Assembly (NCBI GenBank): GCA_002633005.1
Contig: NMRA01000076.1
Location: forward strand, 994,748-1,058,747
DNA length: 64,000 bases
Source: Phoronis australis
Taxonomy: Eukaryota; Animalia; Phoronida
Reading direction: 5' to 3'
Shown: in pieces, positions 12,131-26,672 of the stretch
Layout: each line of letters starts with the position of its first letter
How positions within the stretch are numbered: position 1 is the stretch's first letter
Position numbers and translations under genes: made by a program
The notes under the pieces: generated by a model
Databases searched by the model: none
Seen by the model: the letters and a program-made list of their open reading frames with translations, nothing else
What the model was told of the DNA's origin: nothing

Positions 12131-15100
12131 TTTTCACCATTATCTTAAAAGGTGTGACGGAAGAGTCCTTCAGGATGGATATGTCAACTGTCATCAGTAA
12201 ATAATGTAAAGGTCAGTCAATAGTAAAAGTATCACTGTTTCAGTTTACACAGGTACGTAGTGGCTGTTAACATGGCGTAGCTCAGTACCACGGTCATCCT
12301 TATCAATTTGCAGCAACATGGAAACTTTTAAGCCCTGGCTTTGGTTTCAGTGCAATGGTGCACATTTTACAGGCACTTTACTAACTTTAGAAATAATATA
12401 AACAGTTACATGCATGGCCTTTCTTTTTCTGACATCAGGTGTAGTGAGTTAAGAATCACTTTTCACCCAAATGCTTAGAGTTCACTGTCTGCATGGAAAA
12501 TGTCAAATGGAAAAAATGGTCACGTAATGCAAAAAATTACCGTCATGTCCAATGCAAAATATATAAAATAGCCAACGGGAAACTGCAGCAAAAACAATTT
12601 TAATGTCCAGAAGGAATTTTAACAATAAACTAAAAAGTTGAATAAACAATTGACTAAACTAAATGGCTGCAGGGAAATAATTGCCTTTAGTGCACACGAA
12701 AAAGGAAAAAAGCCAGAACTTGCACTTCACTAAGAGAAGGGCACTAAGTGAAAATGTATGCTCAAAGATTTAGCAAATTTAGGCGAGAGGAGACGTTGTC
12801 ATTTGTTGTCAGAAAAGTCAAGTAGTAACATCTTTCCATTAAAAACACAAATATTATATTCTAACACATTGAATACAAATACTAACATGGTAGGATATAA
12901 AATGTTACAAATCACAATACCCTGACTAGTAGGGTGTCACGTACAGAACAAAGGTAGACCAGTCCTACAGATCCAAATAAGTCCTTTAAAGTCCAACTAT
13001 CATACAGTGTTACATTTTACGTAAAACAGTACGTTTGGAAATGAAAGACCTGTTACATGTCACACTCAGGGTACTACCTTAAGACAACAAACACAGACAC
13101 ACAGTCACTCATTAAACCAAGTCTGTGATGTCATGAACAGTGTTACAGTAGGCAACACAAATTGAATACTTTGTTGATGATGTCACAGCCACCGTTGCTG
13201 TCCTTTTGTTTGTAATAATGGGCTACTCTAGTAACAGTTATAACAAAGCTGCTACAAACTTCCCTTCCATGAAAAACAAAATTTAGATTTCAATCACTAA
13301 TCATTATGAAATTGGCCTCTGCTTGTTCCTTACTCAAATCAGAGGTGGATTCTGGGACTAGAAGGAACTAGGGGTTTGTTATTGGTTGAAATATAGCTTA
13401 ATAACAAGTTGGCTCATCACCAAGAACCACTTTACTCACCAAGCGTTATCTCAATTAATAACAAATCGTCAGTACTTTCCAAGTTTGGGAACTACTTCTC
13501 ATTAGTCCGACTGTGGAACAAGGTCAGTCTCATGGCGCTAAGCGGCTTAAATCAAAAGCTTCTACGATGGAAGCGCTTATTTAGAGCTGGTTTAAATTTA
13601 CTGGCACCAGGGTTTTCCTGATAAAATGTTTTTATGTGATTGTATAACCTCCAAAGTTATCTTTTAATTATTATTTCTTATTATTTCTTATTATTTCTAG
13701 TCATTAATAGTCAGTTCAAATCATTACGACTGAAAAACTAAAAATAAGGTAACACCCATCAGCATCACAGTATTAACCTTCTTAAACAATATTGTGACCA
13801 GGATAAATGTTAAGCAAGTGGACCCCAATCACGCATTTTAAAATTACCAGCAGACTACCGATACCTTGTTTAAATATTTCATATCGATATTACAGTCATT
13901 TGGAAAAAGAAAGGAAGTGAAGAAAGAAATGGGGTCATTCACTCACACACTCACTCTTGACTAGTCTCATCATATTTACAAGTTAGCAATTTGTAACAAT
14001 AACAGGGTACACAGGCTCTCCCAAAATTCTGTTTTTTGTAAGTCCAGTTAGTTTTTTTTTAATTGTATAGCAACAGTTGCAGCTTTGCACTGTCTGGTGC
14101 CTACAAGTAAGAGTCTGTGTGTATGATTGTGTATTTCTCATGGATGGTATGGTTTCGTGGAAATACCATATCATAGAGTATTCTGCTTATCTACATTTAC
14201 CTACTAGAGTTTTAGTTCATCCACCACATGACTCTTAGTGATTAGACACTTTATTTCAGAGAAACAAGACAGGAGTTGGACTTGTTTGACAAAACATGGC
14301 AAGATCAAACCACGAGGCATGCCCAAACAATGTATACTGACCAATTGCTTTAATTCTAAATAGGTAAGAATTGAGCAGGAATTCAGTCATCACCACTCTC
14401 CTTTCCTATTTTTCTGTTCAAATAACCAAATTGCGCAGAGACAATTTGGGGGTGTTTCGACATACATTTGTTCCTAGTGCATAGCTTCCAATGTCAAATG
14501 CAAATGCCCCAGTTTTCCATTTCTGAACGTTGACTGCTATTAATGCATCCTGTGTGAAGGCCAGGGCTTTGACGCTGCCACATACGGGATTTCCTTGTTT
14601 TGACAAGCTTATTTCTCATTTGGCGATTACAGAATTTTGCCAGGCAGCATTTGGTGAGTAGATGTTATGACAAACATGAGGCACTGTTTAATGTTTTTGA
14701 AAAACAAGTTCACAGGTTTATTAATTAGTTTTTGTTACTTTCAAGGCCAGGAGTTGGTAAACAGCTGTGAAGCTCACCAATCTAACACTCAAAATCTGAA
14801 AACTGCAATGGGGTTATAAAGTTTCAGTCTCTACCTTAGTTTTTCTTGAACCATTCTCACTTGTGGTAGACTGATCGGAGGCCTCGTGATGACTTGAAGA
14901 AATTGTTGTCTTTGTTGCTCTGAAATGTAAACAAGAATAAATAAATAAAAGCATCACCAGGGAGAGTTTTCCAACTAATAAGGCACGTTACTCGGTCTAG
15001 AGCAACTTGTCCCCGCTCAGCAAACTGTCCACACCACACACAGCACCTTGCGACAAGACGGAAATTATCACTCTCCACAAGCAAATCTTTGCAAAAAGCA

Positions 15101-15187
15101 GTTGATTTCTTGGGATGCACTGGTTCAGTCAAGATTCTGGACATTTCGCTATCTTGAGTTAGCCAAACGCAAAGTGAACAGAGATGC

Positions 15188-15530
15188 TGCATTTTGCCCC
15201 GTTGAGCTGGCTAAAACATGAAAATCAAGTTAGGCGTTTTACTCTCGTAAAATATGTGCCATGGTACTCATTTACGTGATAGGATATTATTTTCATTACC
15301 AACTTAAGTTACAGGGCTTGTGTACATTACGCCGTTTTCAATTCACAATTTTCAGCTTTACCAACCCCAATAAACTCTGAAGCATGTTCTTATGTCGCTG
15401 GTGGTTTCGATGCTCTTTATTAGTAACGGAAATGGAATTTTATGACGGTAAGGAATACTAAAAGACTGATTTTACAAGAGTAAACCTCTGATTCAATTTT
15501 CGTTTTCAGCAAGTTAAACAGGACAAAACA
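15188..15530. mobile_element. MITE family A, copy 2
   Basis: Starts CTGCATTTTGCCCCGTTGAGCTGGCTAAAACATGAAAAT and ends TTAAACAGGACAAAACA; both ends match 11779-12130. Confidence 0.55.
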
Positions 15531-16495
15531 TGAAAGTGTTAAGATTAAACGAAAATGACACGCAAACGAAAGCATACTAATTATGTACTAAGTAACTGTG
15601 TTACAATAAGGTCGGGTAAGTTGTTGCATCTGTGGCCAAATACCCCAGCACAAACAGCGTAGTACACTAACGACAACTCATTCCAAGAGTAACTTATAAT
15701 GTGGAGAGCACTTGAAAATACAGTCTGTTCTACACCTTTTTACCAAATCAGCACAGGTATGTCATCCCCTATTCTTTATATATTCAATACATATAAGCCC
15801 AACCAATCAGGTACAAAACCCCCTCCCCCCAATTAGTCTCGCATATAAGCCCAAGAGTTTGGTACAGTGTATAATCTCACCCTGTCTCATATCTCACTCA
15901 ACAATAAATCAAATTCTTCCCACCCACGCCTTGTCACAAGGGGAAGTAGCACAAACCTGCCTAGAAAAAACAGATCCCAACAGTGCTCATTCATCAAATG
16001 TAACATACAAGTGTTTGGACTCGTACGTGAATGTACAGAAGAAGCCCAATTGGTTTGAACATGGGCTTATACCAGAGCAGCTACCATAGCGTGAGCCACA
16101 CTGTATGGCAAAAAGTGAAATTTCCAACCCACAGTAAGGAAACATTAACCTCATTACTTGCCTGCTTTTATTGTGCAGTTCCAATGAAACAATTCTGGTG
16201 ATTAATTCTGTACACAGAAACACGGTCAAAAGAGTAACTATGCTTCAAGAAAGCATCACTTATAACAATTACGCATAAATTAGACATTAAAGTTGAAAAT
16301 TAATTTGTCATATCACCCACTTCATTCTTATAGAACTTTTTACACACTGATTCTGAATTCACTGGAACCTCTTCTCATTAAGTCTCAACTGTCTTTCCTC
16401 TTTTTATTCATCGATTCCTAATTAATCATCACTTGAAGCACTACTCAAAAAGTCTTAAAGTTTTCCTAATTTGTTTCTGAAGTACGAATTTCTTC

Positions 16496-19400
16496 TTACC
16501 TGGGCTTAGGTTTGAATGCTTTAGTTCGGACACCACCATTTGGCTGTTCCGATGCAAAACTAGCCTTGTATGTACCGTGTAGATCTCCATTCATTCGAGT
16601 CTGTGAACTTCTGTCAAAGTTCCATACAGTATTTCTATTTTGGGAAGAGTGATGACCTTTAAACTCTTTCCAGTCACCAGATCCATCTTCTGTCGAACTT
16701 TGAAAGTTAAAGGATGTCTTTGAGTGATGACTAGTACCAGTGGGGTTGTGGATAAGGTCGTTTAAAATTTGCTTACGCCTCGTCGCACTGTCTTCGCGTC
16801 GAGATGATGCGTAGTCCCTCCTAGTGTTATTTTGGAGAACCGTGGTGTTAGGGTACTCTGTCATATCTTCATCATCATCGGATTGTAAGAAAGAATTCAA
16901 TCTTGTGACCTGCTGGGAGAAACTAGGGTCCTGCTGTCTCTTGTGTGTTCTGCTGAAGACTTTGTCAGAGATTTCGTCAGTTGGAGAGTAGGCAGGGGCT
17001 CTCATGCCTGGAGCCGGAGTGGTTGTGAAGTTACGATCACACACCACCTAGGAATAGACAATAAATGGTCCTTAACTGAGTAAAATATAATCGTAGAAGA
17101 GATCATTTCTCAACAATGACAACAATGATAGAATAATAATATGCAATTGAACATAATTATTTAGTAGTGATAGAATCAGTAATTGTAACAATGAACCAAT
17201 GTCATCTGCACACAAGCCCTGGGAGTGCACTATATTTAGCAGACGACACTTTCGGGGTCAAAATCATATCAAATGATTTTCCCCATTACACACTTAGCAG
17301 TGCACATGTACCAAAAGAAATCGACATTACGCACCACAATATAGGGCTTACTGATGTGGGTAAAAAATGGCATATGAATAAACAAAGCTCGCTTTTTCCA
17401 TTCACCACAACTAGTGTTTGGTTTGTACTCCTGACTTTCAAATTGTTGCACATCCGACTGTGGGTAAATTTTTGTAAATCTAACATTCATAAGACACCTA
17501 CCTTACCTGCTGCGCCTGTTTAAAAGGAACACACAATCTAATGAATTTATTCAAATCACCCTCCAGATATTGCAACTAAGAAGTCAGTCGTTGATTTCAA
17601 AACTTAACGCTCGTGACACATGCTTGCCATTTGCTTAACTTTACTGTTTGGTTGAGCAACATCTTTCGTAAGAGGGTGACAAAATTTGCTCAGAATTTTG
17701 GTTAGTTGGTAATAAAATACTCAAAACTTAGTAAATAAAGAAGTCAAACCACTTCAGGGGCCTAATTCATCAAGACTTTCTTACTTTGCTTTTATCTTCT
17801 GACTTTAACCAAAAGACAGAAATCTGACTACGAATAGCTAAAAGTTGAATTTTTGTTTTTTCCTTTTCTCGAAATGCTCTGCCTTCTGTCTATTTGAGCA
17901 TATTACTGGTTTCTGACTTTTGGCTTTGAGTTGTGGGCAGATTTTTGACATTCAACCTCAACCTGATTTCTCACAAAATTGGCACAGCCACCTCTAGACA
18001 GAGGTTTGGTGAGATCCAAAAGACTAAAGACTATTGAAGTCTCCTCGAGAAACAAGACCTCGGTAATATGTTGTGAACTGTGAAAAAAATTTGTAAAGAA
18101 AGCAAGTTGCGTCTATAATCGGAACATGGAATGCCTCTATATGCATGACACTTGAGAAAAACACATTGTTCCACATGTGTTTACATGTGGAGTTAACACG
18201 GTACATGAATTTTATAATTATACAGCTTTGAAATGAGGCTCAGGAAAGAAGTGCCACTTTAAATAATCTGTTGTGCTCCTATTCACAGACCTGGTGAGAG
18301 ACTAGTTGAATCATGGGGAATACGAGACCGCAGAATTCACAAGGCAGTTCTATCAGATCGTCTTCTGGGTCACCATTTCTATGTACATCAGTTTCATAGT
18401 CTCCATGCCTACAGGAAAAACAGACAAGTTTACAATTCGCAGTCATTGAAGTCAAGCCTGGGGTCTGCTCTGTCAAAAGTGATTTACACTCAAGTCAAAA
18501 ATTTAGTCTTGCATTCCCATGTCACAATTACTGCGTAGAAATAATGCAACTTTTCTCCGTAAGCAGCAGTTATGGATTATTCTCAGATACTTTGTACTTT
18601 TGCAACAGAGTTTTAATTATTTTCAGAAACAGTTGGGTGGAAAGTAAGATCAAATTTGTGAGTCAAGTCACTTTTCATGAAACAGATACTTCGCTTGTAA
18701 TACAATTATAATGCTTGCAGTTGTCAGTAATTGACAAAACAACATTATTATCCTTTCAAATTGAAATTGCAGAATTACGTGATGACGTGTAATCAGTCAA
18801 TTATTTTGCAGAATATTGGGCAATACTCTGATATAAAGTGCCCATATTTTGAGAACCCATTAATGCTTGTTATTCAGTCGAGAAAACTAGTTTCTCAAAA
18901 TGCGGGCACATCATACCAGATCATTGCTGAATATTGAATCAAGCACAACACAGCACAGCAAAATGCAAAGAACATTCACCATTTTCTTACATGTGTGATA
19001 ATTAGTTTACCTACAAGGTGCATATAATACGTTGCATAATTTCACGAGTGTCAAATCTAAACATTCAGGAAGTTTGCAGTCCATTCATCGAGATGCTTTA
19101 TCCCTAAAATCCATCAAACATAAAGTAATTACAACAGAGGGTGGAATTTCCAATAACGAAAAAAAAAAAAGTTTCCAGGTGACGTATCGTTAATAAGTTT
19201 GTGTGATAGAAATATTTTTGTGTTATAAAATTTAAGCAAAATAAACGTCTTTGCATGGATAAAGTAAAAAAGTAGTAAACAAGAAAGAGGAAACCGGAAA
19301 TCAAATAAGAGGAAATCGAAACCAAAAGAGGAAACCCTCCTAAAAGAGGAACATTCCAAGTCCTGTTATAAGAAACGCTTAGACTGGACTGGTTGGTTTC

Positions 19401-22400
19401 TAATCCAATACTATGACTAATTGCACCTTATCACAAAACTTAATGTGTGCTTCATACGAGAATGTCTTACCAGTCACTGAGAACTATTATCTAGTTCTGA
19501 TAACAAGCATTGATGGGGGACACTTAGAATCCTAGTAAAGTGACGTCATGCATCAGTAACTCACCAGTCATTATACTGGTCCCTGTAGACAGGTACACTT
19601 GGATGTACATCAAGGGGCGGAGACGGAGAATCTGCGAATCTGGGTTTATTGTATCGAACTCGTTGGTGAGCAAGTTCAGGATTGCAGCCACTCTACAGGT
19701 AAAATGAAATATGACAGATTGCAACATCGTATCAAACTCATTTCTGAAACACTACAGCATTGAAGATGGTTTCCAACATGGCAAAGGGCATGCTTTGGTG
19801 GACAAAAACAAATATTTCGCTTGACTTCAGATTATGTAGGACCCTATAAAAGGGCCAAATTTGGTTGACTCTGGAACACCATAACTCAGAAATGGCTGAT
19901 CCAATTCTTCTGAAACTTTCAGAAAACTATCAGAATGGTTTATGCCCCGATCTCAAAGACTATTAGGAATTGTTCTTAAAACGTTCCACTTAAACATGAT
20001 AAATCTTTGAAGCTACACAATGAGTGCCAATGCTCAAAATTTATAATAAAAGCCATTAGAAGAGATCAAACTTACTTTGAAAATTACCAAAAAATGAAAA
20101 AATGAAGAGCAATAACCCCCCCCGACTACATGTCAGTTGATCCAATAGACTTCAGAATAGACTGCACACAGCCAACATTACGCAACATTCTGTTTGGTTT
20201 CACTGTTAATTAATAATAAATAAATACTGATTGAGTGGCAATACAATGGTGACCACTTGGCAGCATTACAAGCAAGCTGACTTGGCTTGGGAAACAGTGC
20301 ATATTTGATATTTCAACTCATATCTGAATTGCAAATTGTTTGCCTCAATTATTGCAGTCTTACAAAATCAATGGTTGACTAATCCAAGACAATTTAGTAC
20401 GGGCACTTTGGAAATACTCCTCTGTCGTTGTATCACTTGCTTTATTACCTGGTGCAGGATCAAGTCATCTGCAGCACACAGCTCACCACAGAATTCACAT
20501 GGCAACACGAAGTCATCCTCTACAGCGCCTAGCAACATACACTGACTTTAGCTCATGTTCACTGATTAGAATGGCAAACATCTAACATTACCAACATGTG
20601 CCAGGATTCAGTATGGAGATGGTGAAAGGAGTACGCGTGAAGCACTTCTCCAAAAAATGCAAGGCAAGCAGTCAGACAAGGTTTTTAAAAATGACACAGA
20701 ATGTTGGTTTAAAGGGGCAAATTGTTCAAAAAATTACTTTCGCTAGACCACTCAATGCTACGAAACTGGTCTTACTGAGTCTGTTCTTTAATGCTCAGAT
20801 GCTCAGATGAAAGACGTTTTTTTGGTCTACGAAAGAACCTACAGTATGTTTGAAATTGATGCTATGTCCAGCACAAAGAATACCTGTCATAGCAAGCCAA
20901 GACCCAAGCAATAATGAACCACCAGTTCTGTCTAATCTCCAGAAATTCCCATTTATCAAAAACATAGCGTTACTGATCACACCATTGATTTCTAGCAATT
21001 CTATCTTCCTCAGAAAATTTGCTGCCATATTACATGTATGAAAACACGAAATCTGAATAAGAGAAAATATGAGACCAGTTAGTGAGTGACATAACTCAAA
21101 AGCTGGTTTTTTGAAGAAAACTGTGGTGAGATTAGTACCGAAAAATTTGTAACAGGTATCAAACAGCAAGACTAACATGGGCACGGAGAGGTTGAAATTC
21201 TTCAATATTTCTGCACTGTATTCTCCATAATAAGTGTCCACTTTAAAAACACCCCAACTTGTATTAATCAGATACATACCTTGATGATTACCTGATTCTT
21301 CCAATGAAAGATCTTGCATCAAGTGTCTTGCCAACAAGTCTGTCTCATTTTCATCATCTAGAGGTGAGATTTCACTTGATAGTACATTATAGTTTACAAC
21401 TAACATTACATGACAAATGCACATGGTAATCACACAAAAGCCCATGGTAATTGGACTAAATTATCATTCCTGTCATGAGGGCTACTTCTGTTAACAACAA
21501 AAATGACTGGTAATACCTATTATGGCATCACAAATCTAATTACAGAATGACTTAGCCACCTTGCAAAGCTTCTGATAACTCCTTGTTCACTACCCTTCAT
21601 AGGGGAACGCTAAGTTGTCATTGAATACGGCTTCTGCCTCACCATCATAATAACAGAGAATTCAAGTTCATTTTGCCTGAGTAGTTTTCGTGTGTTAAGA
21701 AGGCAGCAACGAGGAGACGCCCAGATGTCTAGAAACCAGCAAGGAATGGACTGAGCCATTCAAAATGTGCTTCGTGCATCAGTCACTCCAACCATTCCTC
21801 AGATATCTTCTAGATGTCCAGGAGCTGGTTGTGTAATAGCTACGCAGACAATTAACATTATTTTCATAATTTTTACAAGACAAATAATATGGTACAAGAA
21901 ATGTGGTGCGGTGATCCTAAGGAATCTCATGTCACAACCAAATATCGAATACACTTAACATTTTTTTTTATATCATAAGCAGAAATTAACAATATTCCAC
22001 TTATTGTTAAGGATTCATTGTCATTCAATTTATGACTAAATCACTTATAAATTGTTGTTGTAGATGGTTAGAGAATGGTGGAGAATGGTCTTTCACATGA
22101 TCAAGGTTCTTAGGACAACAAAATGTGACAGTAACTAAACAGAGACATCCAAGTCTAACTAAATTACTGTCTACCAACACGTTCACAGGAAACGAATGAA
22201 CATTCTACCAACATGGTCACAGGAAAGGAATTAATATTCTACAGGAAACAAATGAACAAATAATGTCTTTCACTGCAGAAGAAAAATGCAGTAATCAGTT
22301 AGAGCTATAGTTAATTTCCTTTTTGTTAATTTCTCCCACAGAAATAATTGTATTACCATGCCTGTCCAGGGTTAGGCCCAGGACATTTAAATCAAGAAGC

Positions 22401-25400
22401 TAAAAAACCAAGGGACAGGCATAAAATTGAATGCAACAAAACATGATTTTATCACTTCTAGGGTGGGTGTTCAGCCAAACATGGGTCTAAAATCAAACAC
22501 ATACAATATATGTGTTATGTGCTTGAGTCATATTTACTATTAAGGACGTCATGTCCCTCACACCAACCTTGCATAACATCCCTTTGCACAGGTACAGTGG
22601 CAGGGGCAGCCTTCTGCTTTCTTGGTTGAGGATGTTGCCCAGTTGTCTTCACTGTTGTAGCTGCCCTATTCTTGCTAGATTGTTCTGTTTTTCGTCTACC
22701 AGCAAGCTCACTCTCACGCACCCTCAGTCTCGGTTGAGGTCGACCATGCCTCATTTCACTCATAACAGGCACCCCCATGCCGTAATGAGAATACAGACCG
22801 GGTCCCCCATGCTGCGGGAATCCATTCCCAACAGGATTGAGCATTCTGCTCACTTCGCTTCTGACAAAGGAGGAGGAGAAATCGGGAGGGAAGTCGTCGA
22901 CAAACGGATGAGAGGATCCGGTGTTGTCATCGTCCGGTTTCACCACTCTCTGCGTAGGGTAAGTACAACCTGACCCCTCATGTTTCTCCATATCTTTCAA
23001 CATGACGTATTGGTCACATTTCTCACACTTCTCTGTTCTACTGCCACAGGCATCCTGGTGTTGAGTCAACTCATCGAATGGAAAAAAGAGTTCGCAGTAT
23101 GGACACGTGACATTGCGTTTCTTACAGGAGTTCTCCTATTTGAAATATAAATTGTTTGTTGAATTAGAAATCGATGCAGCTTGCTGAAAAAAAAAACAAA
23201 AAAAAAACATAGAAATAAACACATAAGGCCAATTTTAAAAAGTCTATTTCAGAAAGAAGTCAATATTCAAAGGATCTAATGCTATCTCCATTGATATAGA
23301 ATTATTGCAGAGTTAGGCAAACTATTGTATTTTTATGCATATGCAAGTTGTACAAGTGTTACCAAAGCCAAGACAATACAAAATTACCATTATTTGAAGT
23401 TATGCCATGGTTTAAAAGTATGCCTTGGAGATTGCTGAAATAGCTTGTCAGGTACACTCAACAGCAAAAATTCATTGTTTTATAAAAATCACATTCCGCG
23501 AGATGGCAAATAATAATACTAATAATAAAATGCTGTGCACATAACAAAAGCTGAATGGGCCTCTTTAAGTGGAATTTATGCCATGGTTAAAAAGATCTTT
23601 AATACCTTGCAGTGTCTTTTTTGTCTAGCTGTCATTCAGACAAAGTAAGCTCAATGAGTCATCTTGTTTAGTATAATAAAAGTGTGACTGAAAATCAGAA
23701 CAACTGCACAAGGAGCACTAGACACATGCTGATCTGCTTCATTTTGCCGATTCTCTGATGGGAAAATACTCATAGTTTTACATTAGTTCATAAGTGCCAC
23801 TGACTGACAGTTGTACACCAAGCCACAACAGGTGACGAAAGAAACCATTTACAACTGGCAGACAGCGTGTTTATCCAAAATTGGCAGAACAATACACACG
23901 AGAAGTATATCAACTTCAAACTGCAGCTAATTAAAGATAACCATTAGTTTAAACATGGGCAGTGGCACTGACAAAGTTGCATGGAGTAATGTTGTATAAA
24001 CTGCAGATATTAAGTCTTTGCTACAACATCATAAGTGCCTTGAATGACATTGGCATATTTTATGTTTTCCCCAATGTTGTGGCATAAACCGATAACAGCA
24101 TCATCCTTGCACATATCTTATGATTGGGGAAACAAAACTAAAATTTACGCTTAAACAAGATTGCTTTAAACAGAAAATGAAGTTCAAAAACACTTCTGAT
24201 CGATAATCAAAAGTACCACAAGTCAAGAAGACAGTTTTGTTTTGTATGGAAAAGGCTGAACAAAAAATAAATAACAGATTGTGCTTCTTAGACCAAAACC
24301 TTATGTTCTTCAATATCGCCCTTTTCAACATCTTGCTTGCATATATCACATTTGATCTTCTCGTGGTATTCTGTGAAGTGTTCCTTCAACTCATCCCTCG
24401 GTACAGGCTCACTACATAGCTCACACAAGACTAGTTTCCTTTTGCAATGAACCTCGTGCATAACAAAGTTAGCACTGGCGATGTCTTTTTTACTGAAAAG
24501 TAGAAAGATAGATGGGTAACAGTTGTTTCATGGTCACAGCATCCTGTGACTGGTGAATCCCAATTAGGAATCTAAGCAAGAAAGGAGTGGGTAAACAGTG
24601 GATCTACAAAGGAGCCCCGTTTTATTTTACAATTCTTCAGGTCTTATTTCTAAAAAAAAAACACTTTCCAACATTTTTCTATCTTTCAAAGTTTGATTAG
24701 CTTGCTGGAAATAATGGAAAGTTTACCAAACTGATGTTACTCTTTTCAAACAATAACCAAAACAATGCCATCTGCTTCATGAATGGCAGCAACAATGCCT
24801 GTGAAAACAATTTAAGTCTTCCTTTGTTTTAATGATTTAATGATGTCACGGCAGTGCCCAATCATTGCGCAGAAAGTATTTCCCATAACCAAGCCTCTAA
24901 CGGCTAAACCAATTAGCTCCACCTTGAGCCTTGGGGATGAGGCTGATGTTCTGCACCTTTGTATCAGAATTTTCATCAAAGACAAAACAACAAAAACTAT
25001 TTCTGCAAATTTAATGTGTTTAATCCACAGCCCCAGTGTAGCACTGTGCTGCAATACCAAAGGCCTTAGGGGCTAACCCATTCATTACAACTAAGAATGA
25101 CTCACTGCCAGTATAGGCTTAATTTTACATGTGTGTGTAAACAATGGTATGCAACTGTAAACACTTACAGCAAAGTGTTCTATTAGGTTATATAATGTTT
25201 CATTACTTTCAGGTAAGTCACAGAACACGGACTTGCCAAAAGTCACGAAGTTATGTCTGAACTTTTAACCAATGGGAATGTAACCTAACGGACATGAATG
25301 TCAAAATGTATCTTAGACCAGTCTTTTCAACTAGCTGTTAATTACCATTTCTGAATGGCCTTGAATTGTTTGGAAGTGAATCCAGACTACAAGTTTTCAG

Positions 25401-26672
25401 TTTTGAGTTTTTCTATGAACACGTTGAAGTTAATGACATTTGATTGCCAAAGTTTCAGACTTTTCTGAGAACACTGATTAAATTTTTCAGCCATTATTGA
25501 TAGCCACCAAGGACATGATGGCTTACAGTTATGGGATTTTCTTACCCCCAAACCAAGGTTCATGATTGGTTTCGATGTATAACATAAAAAAGTTTTTTTT
25601 AGGTTAAGTAGGGCCCTACAAAAATGCCCTAATTTGGCTAACTTCGTAACGGCATCTTAAGAGATGGCTGATTGGATTCTAATCAAATGTTTTATAGCAT
25701 ATTAGCTGTTCGCCAAAACCCTACTATGGCTTGTTTTTGAAATGTTTCCGTTTTGCACGAGGGCCACAACATTTTTTAGATTTAATCGGGAACTTTCCAT
25801 CAAATGAAACTCAGGAACGATGGCGTTACCTTGCTATGAATGTAAGTTAATCTTTTTTACTAAAGTCAACTAAAAAGGCATAACGTACTTGACCTACTGC
25901 CGACAGATTGGCATACAGATGAATTAACTTGAAAGTCTACAGGCTTTAAACTTTCACAAAATAAAGACTTTTGCAGAAAATTATGCAGGTATTAATGCAA
26001 ATAAATTGTCAATGAGATCCAACAAGCCTTGCATAATCTTAATTTGAATTTAAACTGACAGCATGATTTTACAAATTATGATTCGGTAAACCCAGCCAAA
26101 GAAAGTTCAAAGCATTGGTAAATGATGAAGGTTCCTACCCGTTATTTAGTGGAGGAAACTAGTTCTCAGTTGAGGTTCACCCAGGAGTTAATTACCTGAG
26201 CTGATAACTTATTGTAAACAATTAGTCTCTATGTCATGGATAGGCAATTATGATAGGTCTACAATGACTCTAGTATGGGCTAGAAGTTGAAGCCTAACTT
26301 AGCCTAGCCTAGGCTAAGGTTAAACCAGCCAAGCCTAGGCCCATGACATGTCAATTTTCTAGCACTTAGTCGGTGGTCAATTTTTAAAACTATTAAAATA
26401 GTGGCGCTGTGGGTGATCGAAGATTGCGAGCAGCATAGGGTACAAAAACATGAGTCGTGGACATCATATAACGAAACGCGTTTTTCTTGGAAATTGATGC
26501 CGGGAAATGTAGGCTTCGTACAAGTAATAGACACAAGACTCTTGTCAAGAGACCAATCGACAGTTGCCAGAGTTCGTCTGAACTTCGTATTCATCACCTA
26601 CGAAAGCAGTCTAACCACCAACCTAACGTCTTACCAATTACTACAATATTCAGTTTCGACTGAATCGTCCAT
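16496..26672 (-). CDS. TRAFD1: TRAF-type zinc finger domain-containing protein 1 (TRAFD1/FLN29; XAF1-related), multi-exon
   Basis: GT-AG, phase-consistent coding exons: 26672-26635, 24492-24300, 23135-22568, 21357-21280, 20528-20449, 19692-19565, 18408-18291, 17047-16496 (~584 aa if the stop at 16496 is used). Spliced protein MDDSVETEYCSNCKKDIASANFVMHEVHCKRKLVLCELCSEPVP...CPYCELFF...HQDACGSRTEKCEKC...LPCEFCGELCAADDLILHQSGCNP matches the TRAFD1 pattern. The 3' end is uncertain. Confidence 0.85.
18462..18687. mobile_element. MITE family B, copy 1 (TRAFD1 intron)
   Basis: Ends TCTG..AAAAGTGATTT / CAAGTCACTTTTCATGAAACAGA; same termini as 53252-53491. Confidence 0.55.

Noticed and set aside
19611-19692. 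AGGGGCGGA...GCCACT resembling the MITE at 7936
   Set aside because: It falls within a phase-consistent TRAFD1 coding exon (SPSPPL); coincidental.
26304-26330. Palindromic CTTAGCCTAG/CCTAGGCTAAG cluster
   Set aside because: Short low-complexity TAGCC/GGCTA repeats with no supporting structure.
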